DNA of 63,549 nucleotides, filler included, from Bonamia ostreae (Eukaryota): NCBI GenBank assembly GCA_040357525.1. It is 16 parts of 16 records of this genome, joined end to end, with 100 filler letters (N's around TTAATTAATTAA, not from the genome) between each part and the next. Parts side by side here need not be neighbours in the genome. Positions count along the whole stretch, not along the records: positions 36,018 to 39,889 come from JBDODL010000405.1; positions 39,990 to 43,852 come from JBDODL010000406.1; positions 43,953 to 47,796 come from JBDODL010000407.1; 13 more parts are not named here. One strand, 5' to 3'. Shown piece by piece: positions 36,041 to 47,896 of this stretch (position 1 is its first letter; each line of letters starts with the position of its first letter). The notes under the pieces were generated by a model. It saw only the letters and a program-made list of their open reading frames with translations, ran no database searches and was not told where the DNA came from. The position numbers and the translations under genes were made by a program.

Positions 36041-39000
36041 GAAACATCCTCGATCAACTGCTAAAAATCTTGAACAGCCCCCGTTTAACGCCAAATCTAC
36101 TAAACGCAGTCAACGTTTCTCTCGAAAGGTATTCTGCTAACGAAATCGGCTACAAAAAAATCGCTGACCATTCCAAACTGCTTTCCGCCCTTTATAAACG
36201 AGACAAAGAAATGGCCAAGAGCAAATCCGCCCGAGCCGGAGCTACTGCGTTCGTCCGCAAGTTCGCACGGAAATCCGAAGGAGTCAAAATTATGAACCAA
36301 TTGGGATTCATCCCTCTCGTGTGCTCCTTCATCTCCGAAAATATCAGTTTTACAAATTATTTATTTCACATAATTCTGTTTAAAGCTTTAAATGTTATCA
36401 AAGCTTTTATTTGAAATGGCGAAAAAAATTTGTTTATTAGCATTTTCTAATATATGTAGAAAACTCGCCGATGGTCATCGAATCCTTCGACGCGTTGATC
36501 GCTGCGGCAGACCACGTTGTCAGCATCAGCGACAACAACCTCGTCCTAATGGCGGACACGGCGCTCCTGGCTCTCAAAGACGATCCCGAGAACATCGCCG
36601 TCTGCAAAAAGGCGCTAGAGCTGCTCCAGAAATTGGCCGACAATTCGGAGTTGATCCGCTCCAAACTCAGCGAATACGAACGAAGTTCTGCGCTCTCCAA
36701 ATTCAAAAACGAAACGGATGACTTGGAACTCAAACAACTCGTAGACGCCCTGAAAGCCTCTCTGAAAGGCGCGAAGGTCGCAATCGACGCAGAAGAGATT
36801 CTGAAGAAAATCGAAGAGAATTCGTCCAAAATCGAGGAAAAACAAACGAACGAAGCTATTTTGGGCGAAACATTTAATCTGTCCGAACAACTGGTCGCAG
36901 CGAGTGCAGAAGAGAAAACTCTAGAAAAACTAAGGCGCCTGGGCGCAGTCGGAATCCTCGGCGCGTCGATCGCGAGAATAGAGAAGGCGGCGCACTCGGA
37001 AATGCGGGACGACGTGCAGCGGAACTTGCTTTCCGTTCTGAACGCCCTGAACGCCGACGGAGCGCAGTGCCCGAAACTGCTCGAAGCAAAATTCTACGAC
37101 TCGCTTGCGCGGATGTTCTCCGCGCAGAAGGCGTCGGAAGGCTTGAAGGCGGAGATCAGAAAAAGCTTCGCGGCCTTCTCCGCGCACCGGTCTGAGCAGT
37201 TCGCGGCCATCAACGTGGCCAACTCGAGCAACTCCTCCGCGCAGACTTTGGTTCCTCTGATCGACAATGCGGCGGTTCTGACTCAAGTTCTTCTGCAGGC
37301 ACCGCGCGACTCGCACGACGGGTTCAAGGCGGTCCACGGAGAAATAGACGTGGTCGTAGCCATAATCAAAAAACACGCGGGCAACCCGGAGGTGATGCTT
37401 GCGGCGACGCGCCTTCTCGATTTGCTCGTTTCGGTCGATGGCGACAATCGCGGCTACTTCACTTCGACTTATGTGGAGTCCTTGTGCCGACTCACGAAGG
37501 AGAACGCCGACAACGAGGAGTTCTGCGCGGCGATGCTGGGCCTGCTTAACAAGTACGAAAACGACGAAGGAGTGGCGACTTTGATATCGGATCTGAAGAA
37601 TTGGTACTTCAACAGATCGCTGGAGACGAACCTCGAAGTGCTAAAACTGCACCTTTTGGGGGAGATCTACGACCGGATGGATGACGAAGAGAAATACAAC
37701 GAAGTACAGCGCTTGTTGCAGCGGCTGATGCACTGCTACGACCCGAAGAACGAGTTGGTGGACTTGGCCGCCGAGGCCACGAAGGCCGACCAAGAGGTGG
37801 TCAAACTGGTGCCGTTTCTGCTGAAGCAGCAGACGAGCGAACAGGTGAAAATGCAAGTTGTGGCGCTGATCTGGCAAATGGTCGCGAGTGGGAAAGTCGA
37901 ACGTGTTTTCTACGATTCCGGCGCTTTGGCGCTGATGATCAAAGGGATGAAAGAAGCGAAGTCAAGAGAAGAGAGGATCGTTTATATAAAGGTTTTCCGT
38001 TAATGCGATTTTGAGTTTGTAATAATTTACACAAAACGCAATTTTAGTAGAACGCAAATTTAAAAAAATTAAAGGCGTTGTCTCCTTTCCTACAATCAAA
38101 AGACTCCGCCATCCGCGGGCTCGTGCAGGGGGAAATTAACAATCTCCTGTTGTCGTCCATCGACATGGACGAAAACGCCCGAATGCTCCTGTTGGAAGAC
38201 GTGATCAACGGCGCGCGCGATGACCAGAACAACATTCTGCTCAGCTCGGCGTGCCTCGAAAGCCTGCTCGCCCTCTTCGAAAAGCAGACGACCGCCGAAG
38301 GCAAGGCCCGCGTGCTCCACCTCATCGCCAACATGGCTGGCGTTTCCGAGGAGTGCGCCAACACTCTCGTCACCGAGTCGGGGCTCGCGATCACGCTCAA
38401 CGCGCTCGAGCACAACATGGAATCGCAAGGATACGTGGCCGAAATGACACACTTCACGGTCAACCTCGCCACACACCACGACTGCGTCAACGGGCTCTTC
38501 GACGCCGAAGTCGACTCGATCATGAAAGGCGTCATGTTCCAGTACACCGGCGAGAAGGACATCTTCCACAACGCGCAGCGCACGATCGATCTCATGAACC
38601 TGTCGCGACTCGACCTGACGCCGGAGCAGCACAAGAAATGGATGCAGCGCTCGCGCGTGAAGCACTTCATGACAGAACTCTGCCGCGCGCTCGGGATCAT
38701 GATTTCCACCGTCCTCACGAAGGGCGAGCGCGAGGTGCGCACCGGCGACACACACTACGACATCTCGCGGGAGTGCATGCGCATTCTGAACGAGTTCGGC
38801 CCGAGCTTCGACGAGATGATCGAAACGGATTCCTCCACGGTCCTGCTCACGCTTCTGGGGAAGGCGTGGCTCCTGCGGAGCGTGTTGATGGCCTACACGT
38901 TTTTGGTGGAGAAGGATGTGTCTGCTCGCAGCATCTTCAACGCGCCGAAGGAGATCAAAGACACGTTGGTCGCGAAGTGCGGCTACACCGCGATGTGGGA

Positions 39001-39760
39001 CTTTGAGAACAAGGAGTTCGAGAGCTCGCTCTGCGCGGTGCGAGGCGGCATCACGCACCAGAGCACGCGAGTGTTTTTGGACGCGTCCGTGGAGCCGCAG
39101 ACCTGCCAGGAGCTGGACGTCGTCACGAAGGAACCGATCGGAAGGGAATACACTCTCGAGGATCTGATAAGTTGGGTCAAACTTGATACCGAAGAGGTTT
39201 TATTGGCTGAAAATTTTAATGTTCTGTTGTATATCGTAAATGAAATTAGTGTCGTTTTGCAAACTATTAAAAATTGCAAAATGAATTTTTGTCAACAATG
39301 AACTTTATTCTAAAACAATCAACTTTTTCTAAAACAGAAAGACACTCTTAGGTGTTTCAACCTGGTGCTTATTTGGGTCGTAAACAATTGGCATTTGGTC
39401 ACAATAACAGCGTCAATGCTTGGGAATAAACCGAAAGACAAACCATTCAACTTCAAACTAATCGAACTCGACGGAGAGTTTCTGGCCACTCGATGCGGCC
39501 TGACTTGGAATTGGCCTCGCATTCTGGACGAAACAAACGGATACCTTCTGAACAGCGACATCAAGGAAAAGTATCCTTTGGTCGAACAAATCAAGAAAGA
39601 CGAGAAAAAGGGCGGAGTGCACATCAAAGTTAAAATTTCCGGTGAAGAACTGCGACAGAAACGGAGAGAGATCAAAGATACGCTTGAATTCAGCCATTCG
39701 AACGTGCTCACCGGCGACGAAAAAGATTCACTCGATTTCTTTATTGACATCTCTAACAAA
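36041..39760 (+). CDS. Large ARM/HEAT-like helical protein, partial at both ends
   Basis: Four long exons (~36041-36346, 36461-37991, 38051-~39195, ~39340-39760) with high GC3 and GT-AG joins. Leu/Ala helical repeats. Confidence 0.75.
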
Positions 39761-39989
39761 GTTTTTACAAGACTGATTTCAACAAATCACTTAAAAATTG
39801 CATGAACGTGATCAAACCAGAAAACAGATAAATCTATTTACATAAATCGCTTAAAATTGATTTAAAAAAATTTAAATCAATTTATAAAANNNNNNNNNNN
39901 NNNNNNNNNNNNNNNNNNNNNNNNNNNNNNNNNTTAATTAATTAANNNNNNNNNNNNNNNNNNNNNNNNNNNNNNNNNNNNNNNNNNNN

Positions 39990-40210
39990 ATCTTTTTGCT
40001 TTTTTCAAGTTTTGGCAAAATTTTATTAAAAATCTTTTTGCTTTTTTCAAGTTTTGGCAAAATTTTATTAAAAATCTTTTTGCTTTTTTCAAGTTTTGGC
40101 AAAATTTTATTAAAAATCTTTTTGCTTTATTCAAGTTTTGGCAAAATTTTATTAAAAATCTTTTTGCTTTTTGCTTTTTTCAAGTTTTGGCAAAATTTTA
40201 TTAAAAATAT
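39990..40210. repeat. Intronic 42-bp tandem repeat, about 5 copies
   Basis: Unit ATCTTTTTGCTTTTTTCAAGTTTTGGCAAAATTTTATTAAAA repeated at the scaffold end. Confidence 0.93.
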
Positions 40211-40247
40211 TTATTAACAAAAATTTTTACATAACAAAAAACAAATT

Positions 40248-42418
40248 TGTTTTTGCTCCAAAACAAAACAGTGATCTCAACAATCGCTTTTTGCTCTTTT
40301 CGGCCGCTTTTCATTTCCATTAAAACTGGTTTAAAACTGTCAAATAGACAAAAAAGGGAAGAGAGCTCTTCCGATCCGATCTCCAAAATGGACAAAAACA
40401 ACAATCCGACTCGCAAAATTTTTTCTTCTTCTTTTAAAAGACCAAAATCTAAAATTTTTGTTTTTTCATCTAATTTTAGCACTTCTTTCACGTCTTCTTT
40501 CGACTTGATTATTGTGACATATCTTTGGACAACATTTTGCACGTTCAAATTGTCTCCGCTGTTGTTAAAATATTCTGTTGCTTTTTGCAGAATTGTTTCG
40601 GAAGTTTCCGAAACTGATTTTTCTGTTTTTTTGTTTTTATATTAAAACCTTTTTTATCATCGTTTTCATCCTTTTTGTCGTTATTTTTTATGTTCTCGTT
40701 TTTGGTAATCTTCGGTAGCAAAGAGAGAAGCGGACTATTTGCCAAAATTTGGTTCAAAGGGTTGATCGTGTTGCAAGTGAGGAGCAGTTCTTTGACGAAA
40801 AGTCTTTTTGGAGATGTTTTGGACAATGTTGTGACGAACGACATTTCGTTCCAAGCCCATTTGTAACCGAAATTTGTGAGATGTAATGAGAAGAAGTCGA
40901 TAAAACGATCTCTTTTTATTTGAAATTGAAACAAATTTTTATGAAATAAAAAATTTTTTTGAAATTGAAATATTTTTTAATTTTTGAGATAAAAAATTTT
41001 TGGAAATAATTTTTTTGTAATTTTTGTGATAACAAAATTTTAAAAAATAAATGTTTGAGCTGTGACTTCTTAACTTAAACTAACCTGCACTCCAAATCAA
41101 TAAAATCAATTTGTTCGAAAAGCTTAAAAATCGCTTTGGCCAAAATTTTCGGAACAGAATCTGGTTTCATGCGGATCAATCGATCGACGACATTTACATA
41201 TAAAACCAAACTGCTCTGCGAATTCGGAAGCTGGAACATGTGACTGAAAATAGCTTCAATCAGCAAAATTAGGTCGCTTTCGTCGTTAACTTGAAAAAGC
41301 AGTTTTTCGGCGCATTCTTTCGGAGTCTCTTCGAAATACAGCAAAATGTCTCCAAAGTACTCGAACAGCAAAAGAGTGTCAAGATTGCTCTCTCTTTTTT
41401 TGGGAAGAATGCTCAAAACTTGACAGAATTCTGGCCGTTTGTCGTTCTTGTTAATTGTCAAAATAATTTACGAAAAATAATTGTTTGAAAAAATATTAAA
41501 ATAATCGTTTGACAAAAAATATTAAAAAAAATAATCGTTTTTATAAAAAACAAATAAAGAAGTTTCGAAAAAAATCGGATCCAAAAAATGCGTTTTGCTA
41601 TTTCCAAACTTTTCAACAAAGTCTTTTTTCAGCGAAACTATTACTCCCGATTGCCATTCAGAATCGGACGCTTTCAACATATTTTCCCAATAAATCTGGA
41701 GATAATCTTCACTGTAATTTATCGAAGATTCGTTATTTACTGGAGAGTAAAAGTCCGATTTTAAGCTTTTTCTGTTGTCCATATAAGACGAAAGTTTTCG
41801 TAGAATCTGCGCCAATTGGTCTGGCTCTTCTTTCAACATGAACGCTCCGCACTTTGATTGGATTTGCAAACGTGTGGCAGTGTGCTCGCGACCGAATAGA
41901 AAAAGTAGTCGCGAACTCTTTGAGGCTGTTCAAGCCGTAAAACCGAAAGAAAAGAGTCCAGAAATTCCAAATATCCGTTCAAAGCGACGACTTTGTTGAC
42001 AACAAGTTCGGCCGCAAATTTTGTCAAAATTGCAATGCGCGAAAAATCACAGTCTTTGAGAGCCGCGACGAGGAAATTCGATGCCCGTTTCGACACTATT
42101 TCTCCGAATTCTGGATTGTTTGCGTTCAGTAAACCGACGAGAGTGCCGTATATCGAAGTTTTGGGAGTGAGGTGCACAACGCTTTCGAAATGGAATTTTA
42201 AAAAAATTTTGTTTTTCGAAAATGTCGACAAAATGTTACCATTGGAACAAAATGTCCACGATGAAATCTTTGTACTGCTCCAAATCCTTCGATAGAGCTT
42301 TTGAAAGCATTTCGACGTTGACTCGCAAAGGAACAGAACTTTTTTCGCCGAACCGAACAATCAACGCCTTAATTCGGTCTTGTCTCGAGAACTCTTCGTT
42401 TTTGTCTATCGCATTCAT
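40248..42418 (-). CDS. NCBP1: Nuclear cap-binding protein subunit 1 (CBP80), 3'-partial
   Basis: LIVRFGEKSS, PKTSIYGTLVGLLN, DYLQIYW, IFSHMFQLP, RFIDFFSLHLTNFGYKWAW. Confidence 0.93.
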
Positions 42419-42573
42419 TTATGAATCAATTATATTGATTTTTTATTAAAATAATTAGCGAAAAGCTAAAATGTTCAAATTAGTCAGTCGGGAATATTTT
42501 AATTAATTTTGTTTCAAACAAGCCATTGTTAAATTAGCTTAAATAAATTAGCAATATACTGAAATCAATTCCG

Positions 42574-43654
42574 ATGCAAAATCCGAAAAGCAATCCAATG
42601 ACGCTGACGAGATGGATCATTGAAAATCAGGTAAATTGCAATAAAATAATTAGCGAAAATATGCCCCTTCTGCGAGCGGCGATCTTTCGATTTTGTTGAC
42701 ATCGATTCAATTGGCTTGCAAATCCATCTCAAACAATTGCAACAAAGCAGGTTTCTGTTATTTCAGTTACAACGGGATTTTTAAACTGTAAAATATTCGA
42801 ATATACACTTTTCCGCTTTACTCCTTTTAAGTGAAAATTTTTATTGTGAGCGATAAAGATTTTACAAAAAATTTGACGATCCGTTTACAAATAATTTGCG
42901 ATAAAGATTTTACAAAAAATTTGAAATTTTAACGAATTTTCGAAAACTAAGCGTTGTCCTATTTTAAGTAAATCTCTTTCACATAAAAAAAAAGCAAAAA
43001 AAGAATCGTTGGTCCTTTTAAAGCAAAAATGTAAATGACGATATTTTAAGTAAATCTTTTTCACATAAAAAAATGCAAAAAAGGAATTTTCAATCTTTAC
43101 GGAACGACGGGAGAAATGAACGAGTCAAATGACATCGTAAAAAAACTGGACATTGTCTCGAACGATATAATGATAAACAGCTTAAAATTTACTGGGAAAA
43201 CGGCCATTATGGCATCGGAAGAAAACGAGAATGTCATCCATGTTTTAATTAGCGAAAATAGGTCGAAGAAGGACTGAGAGGAAAATATGCGATCTCCTTT
43301 GATCCTCTCGACGGTTCCTCGAACATCGACGTCAACATTTCAGTCGGAACGATTTTCGGGATTTTTGAATGCGGCCAAGACGGCGAACCGACTGAAAAAA
43401 GTCTCTTGAAAAAAGGGAGAGAATTGGTCGCTGCCGGATATTGTATGTACGGCGCAGCCACCATTATGGTCATTTCGATTGGTCGTGGAGTCGAAGGCTT
43501 CACCCTCGACAACACGATGGGCGAGTTCGTTCTGACTCACCCGAATATGCGCATTCCCGAGAAGAGCAAACGGATTTATAGTGTCAACGAAGGCAATTCG
43601 GCGAACTGGGATGGCGCTGTTAGCAAGTTTGTCAAAGAGTGCCATCATCCTGAG
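42574..43654 (+). CDS. FBP1: Fructose-1,6-bisphosphatase class I, 3'-partial
   Basis: MTLTRWII, KKLDIVSN, ASEE, FDPLDGSSNID, AAGYCMYG, IYSVNEGN. Introns 42631-42653, 42751-43083 and 43242-43261. Confidence 0.96.
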
Positions 43655-44024
43655 GTAGAGCTTATATTTTTTATGGATAGTCGATATAATTTTTTGTTGT
43701 TGTTGATAGTTTTTGATTTGATTTTAAGGACATGTTCTTTGTGAACGTTGAATATTGTAATAAAGAGCTTAAATATAATTATATGATAATTTGTTAAAAT
43801 GTTAAATTCTTTAACGTAAAAATGGATTGCGAAAAAATATAATGACGATCAANNNNNNNNNNNNNNNNNNNNNNNNNNNNNNNNNNNNNNNNNNNNTTAA
43901 TTAATTAANNNNNNNNNNNNNNNNNNNNNNNNNNNNNNNNNNNNNNNNNNNNAATCAAAAATTCTGACGATAAAACACTGCGAAGACACAACGAAATGTT
44001 CAAAAAAGGACATGCGAATTTCAT

Positions 44025-44486
44025 TTACTTATCGTCGTCGAGAGGCATGCTCGTCCCGCACTTGCCGCACGCGTGGCGATCCGCGTGCCTCGCCATGAAT
44101 GTGGTCGGATAACAGGTGTCGTTCATGCACTTGCGCCGAGTTCTCGTTATCGACCCGTCTTTTTCTATGCGGTACATCTGCAGAATGTGTTGTTTCACTT
44201 TGCGTTTTTTGTGCTTGCCCTTCTTCGGATTCGACTTCGACTTCTTCTTCTTCTTTTTGCCGCCGTTCAATGAAGCGGAGACGTCGATTGTGGTCGAGTC
44301 GGCGATGCCCGAATTTAGCAGACTTTGATCGGCCGAAAGTTTTCTTCCCGCGACGGAAAGGCTAAAGCTGCCCAGTTTTAAGGCGGCTTTCTCCGCAATC
44401 GAGGCTTCGAGCGACCGAACGGGCGCGAAGAGCGTAGCCGGGATTGCTATTGTGGAGCCGTCAAATAGATTAGCGTAAACCCTCAT
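44025..44486 (-). CDS. RPS27A: Ribosomal protein eS31/S27a fused to a divergent ubiquitin-like domain
   Basis: GG|KKKKKK..PKK.KHKKRKVK, C..C..FMA.H.DR..CGKC. The N-terminal 76 aa end in LNGG. Confidence 0.95.
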   Translation of the reverse strand: MRVYANLFDGSTIAIPATLFAPVRSLEASIAEKAALKLGSFSLSVAGRKLSADQSLLNSGIADSTTIDVSASLNGGKKKKKKSKSNPKKGKHKKRKVKQHILQMYRIEKDGSITRTRRKCMNDTCYPTTFMARHADRHACGKCGTSMPLDDDK

Positions 44487-44674
44487 TATTTTTTAGCTTT
44501 TCGATATTCAAAATTTTATAAAAGGCCATATATAATTTTGGTTTTAGCTTTTTGTGAACGCAATGGCCTTAGTCTGAATTCAAATGTTTATCAATGCAAA
44601 CGATTTGTAAACTATATGCTAAAACGTTAAAATCGGTATTTTTAATTCTGTGCACAGCTTTTCCAAATCTAAAA

Positions 44675-44905
44675 ATGCTCATCTACATTAAGACGCTTTC
44701 GGGAGACAAGAAAGAAAAAGATTTTGACCCGGATAAACAGATCTCGGACTTAAAAAAGCTTATTTCTGAAACCGAAATGGTTTCGACAAAGCATATAAGA
44801 TTGATCAATTCCGGACGGATATTAAAGGATTCGCAGACTTTGGCGCACTACAAAATTCTTCCAGGCGATACTTTGCACATGACCATTCATCTCAGAGGCG
44901 GCTGA
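44675..44905 (+). CDS. NEDD8: NEDD8/RUB1-like ubiquitin-family modifier (76 aa)
   Basis: MLIYIKTLSG...RLI.SGR.L.D..TL..YKI..GDTLHM...LRGG*. Confidence 0.7.
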   Translation: MLIYIKTLSGDKKEKDFDPDKQISDLKKLISETEMVSTKHIRLINSGRILKDSQTLAHYKILPGDTLHMTIHLRGG

Positions 44906-45064
44906 GTAAATTTATTTTCCAATTAATGTCTACATGTCCAATTAAAATATGTCCTTTGTTCGAGATTTCGTACAAAATTTACCAATTCGAATAAAACATT
45001 CAACCCAAGCAATGCATGGCAGTTTATATCACTGACATTAAAATTTGCACGGCACTCAGTTTCT

Positions 45065-46323
45065 ATGACTAGTAAATATTTTTTCCTTTTGGTCTTTGTC
45101 CCGTTAATGGCCTGGTATCCACAGAACAACAACATTTCTAAACAACCTCTTAGAAATTTTTCTTTTCCGAAACAAAACAATCTTTCTCGTCAAGACACTG
45201 TTACTGGTGCCGGAGATAACATTAATAACGAAGATTATGAAAATGGCAATATCAAAGACAAAAATAACAATGACGAAAACGNNNNNNNNNNNNNNNNNNN
45301 NNNNNNNNNNNNNNNNNNNNNNNNNNNNNNNNNNNNNNNNNNNNNNNNNNNNNNNNNNNNNNNNNNNNNNNNNNNNNNNNNGAAAATGGCGATACCAACG
45401 ACAAAAATAACAATGACGAAAACGAAGATTATGAAAATGGCAATATCAAAGACAAAAATAACAATGACGAAAACGAAGATTATGAAAATGGCGATACCAA
45501 CGACAAAAATAACAATGACGAAAACGAAGATTATGAAATTGGCGATACCAACGACAAAAATAACAATGACGAAAACAAAGATTATGAAAATGGAAATACC
45601 AACGACAAAAATAACAACAACAAATATAACAATGGCGAAAACGAAGAAAGCGATAAAAGCTATGCGCAAAAACTCAAGAAAATGGGCCAAAGAGCTAGAA
45701 ACCGATGGTTTGGAAACAAAAAGCAGAACTCGAGAAAATTGGAACAAACACGAAATTCGTCATCAATAAGCAGAGACGAAAATTTTCTTCGGAAAGATAA
45801 AAATTTGAAGAAAAAAAAATTTGCCGATTTTGAAAGTCATCCCAAAAGACGTAGAAATAAACAAGATTTTGATGAAGACAGTGTTGATATCGATGATGTT
45901 CGTTCTCTTTCTTTAAATACAAATAATCCCAACGACAACTATGAAGAAAATAATGACATCGGAAACGAGAAAGATATCAATCTTGACAACAATGAGAAAA
46001 CAGAAAATATTGCACATGTCGATGATAACAATGAAGACTTTGACCAAATCGATGAAAACAAAGATGATGACGATTCGGAAGATAATGACATCGGCACAAC
46101 AGAAAACGTCATTGTTACCGATGCAGAGGTAGTTGATCCGGACGAGTCTAAATCTTATGTTATAAGAGAAGGGATGGACATTCTGCCAACAGCAGGATAT
46201 TTTTTGTTTCTGGGATCTCTCGGAGGGATTATTGTTGTCCTTTTGGCCGTTGGAGTCCGCAATCTTTTGTACGGATCAGGTCCTACGCTTGTCAACATTC
46301 CGAGTAGTGGAATTTACCAGTGA
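45065..46323 (+). CDS. Secreted or single-pass protein with N/D-rich 45-bp tandem repeats; spans a 100-N gap
   Basis: Signal-like N-terminus, repeats of ENGDTNDKNNNDENEDY type, and C-terminal TM FLFLGSLGGIIVVLLAVGV. Confidence 0.75.
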
Positions 46324-46837
46324 TTATAAATGTTTCGACTTTTCTAAACTCTTTTCATTAAACTAAAATTCTGTTGCTGTGTCAATAAAAAAGCGACAAC
46401 ACTCTGTTGCCAATAGACCAAATATTGAATAAACCATTTGATTACAAAATTGATTTTTCGGTTAATTTTAAAAATTTGATAGTCAAAATTGTTTTTATTC
46501 CGCAGAAATGCGAAATGAAACAGAATAAGAAAAAACAAAAATAGCAAAAAAGAAAACTTGAGAAATTTTGGAAAAATGAAAACAAAAAATCTGCGAAAAA
46601 ATGTAAAGGTGCCCTTATTAAGACAGAATATGTAAAATGGAGAGATTTGATTAAATCTTTATTGACCAAAAACAGAACATTTTGTCTTAAAACAAAGACA
46701 TTTTGAAAATAAAAATTGAGTTTGAAAAAAATGTCTGTTTTAACAAAAAGATTGAGTTGTCTGAAACAACAACTTTTCACGATAATGAAAAAAAGCCACT
46801 AAAAAACGGAAAAAATTTTTCTTCATTTACTTTAGTT

Positions 46838-47796
46838 TCAATAATGTCTTTTCGCGAGCAACATAAGAGTGTTAACGCCTGTGAGCCAGTCTTTGTTCTC
46901 TATCCATTCTTCGGCCATAAATTTGACGTGCTTTCGTTTCGCTTCTACGTAATTGTGCTCTTCTAAATGTAAAAATCTTTAAATGATCAATAAACTTAAT
47001 TTTTGTATCACTAAAAATTGCTTTATCGGATTTTTTAATCCGGACATTAAAAGCTTTAAAAATATAATATTTTTTATAATAAATATTAAGCAAATTTTGA
47101 AATTTAAAATATCTTTTGTGAGAACTGCCAAATTTCCGAAGGCGCTGTCGGAAAGTTTTCCTTCAGCCATCCTTTTGCAAAGTATCTTCAGTTTTTCGTG
47201 AATTTCTTTCGCTTTTCTTTTCTCCATCTTTAGCCATTCGGATTTTTATTTTAATATATTTTTAAAAATTTGTTATTTGCATAAATGTTTTTTATAAAAA
47301 AATAAGTTTTTGTGTCAGCTTATCAATTCTGATAAATCTAAATCAGTAAATTAAAAACTCCGACTAAATTTTTGGATTCAATATTTGTGAGAATGGCGGT
47401 CAAAATGTCCATGACAGCTCGTTGCTCTGGCCGCAAAGACTCCAAATCTTCATAATCTTCCTCGATGTTTTTGGCTTCGATGTAATTTTCTTTGTTTTCA
47501 ACAAAGTCCGATTTTTGATTTTTTGATTTTTTCATCGAGAGATTTGCCAGCGACGGTTTTGTGGAACTTTCTTTGAATGGTTTTTTTGGTTCGGGCTTAA
47601 CTTTTGATTCGGGGTTTGCTGTTTCGGACTTTGGCAGATTAATATTGTTCTGTCGAAGATTATTTTTAATCGAAAAATTGTCTAAATCTTTCGATTTGGT
47701 CGTTTCGATTGATTTTTGCTGCAAAATTTGCGGCTTTTTTAGAGCCGTTTTCTTTTTTGGGGGAAATTTTAAAGAGGAAAGTTCTTTTAGTTTGTT
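46838..47796 (-). CDS. SEC31: Sec31 C-terminal (SRA1/Sec31) domain, 5'-partial; last intron is AT-AC (47112-46969)
   Basis: EKRKAKEIHEKLKIL...GKLS....NLAVLTK|DLEEHNYVEA...H......W.ENKDWLTGV..L matches the Sec31 C-terminal helical bundle. Confidence 0.8.
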
Positions 47797-47896
47797 NNNN
47801 NNNNNNNNNNNNNNNNNNNNNNNNNNNNNNNNNNNNNNNNTTAATTAATTAANNNNNNNNNNNNNNNNNNNNNNNNNNNNNNNNNNNNNNNNNNNN

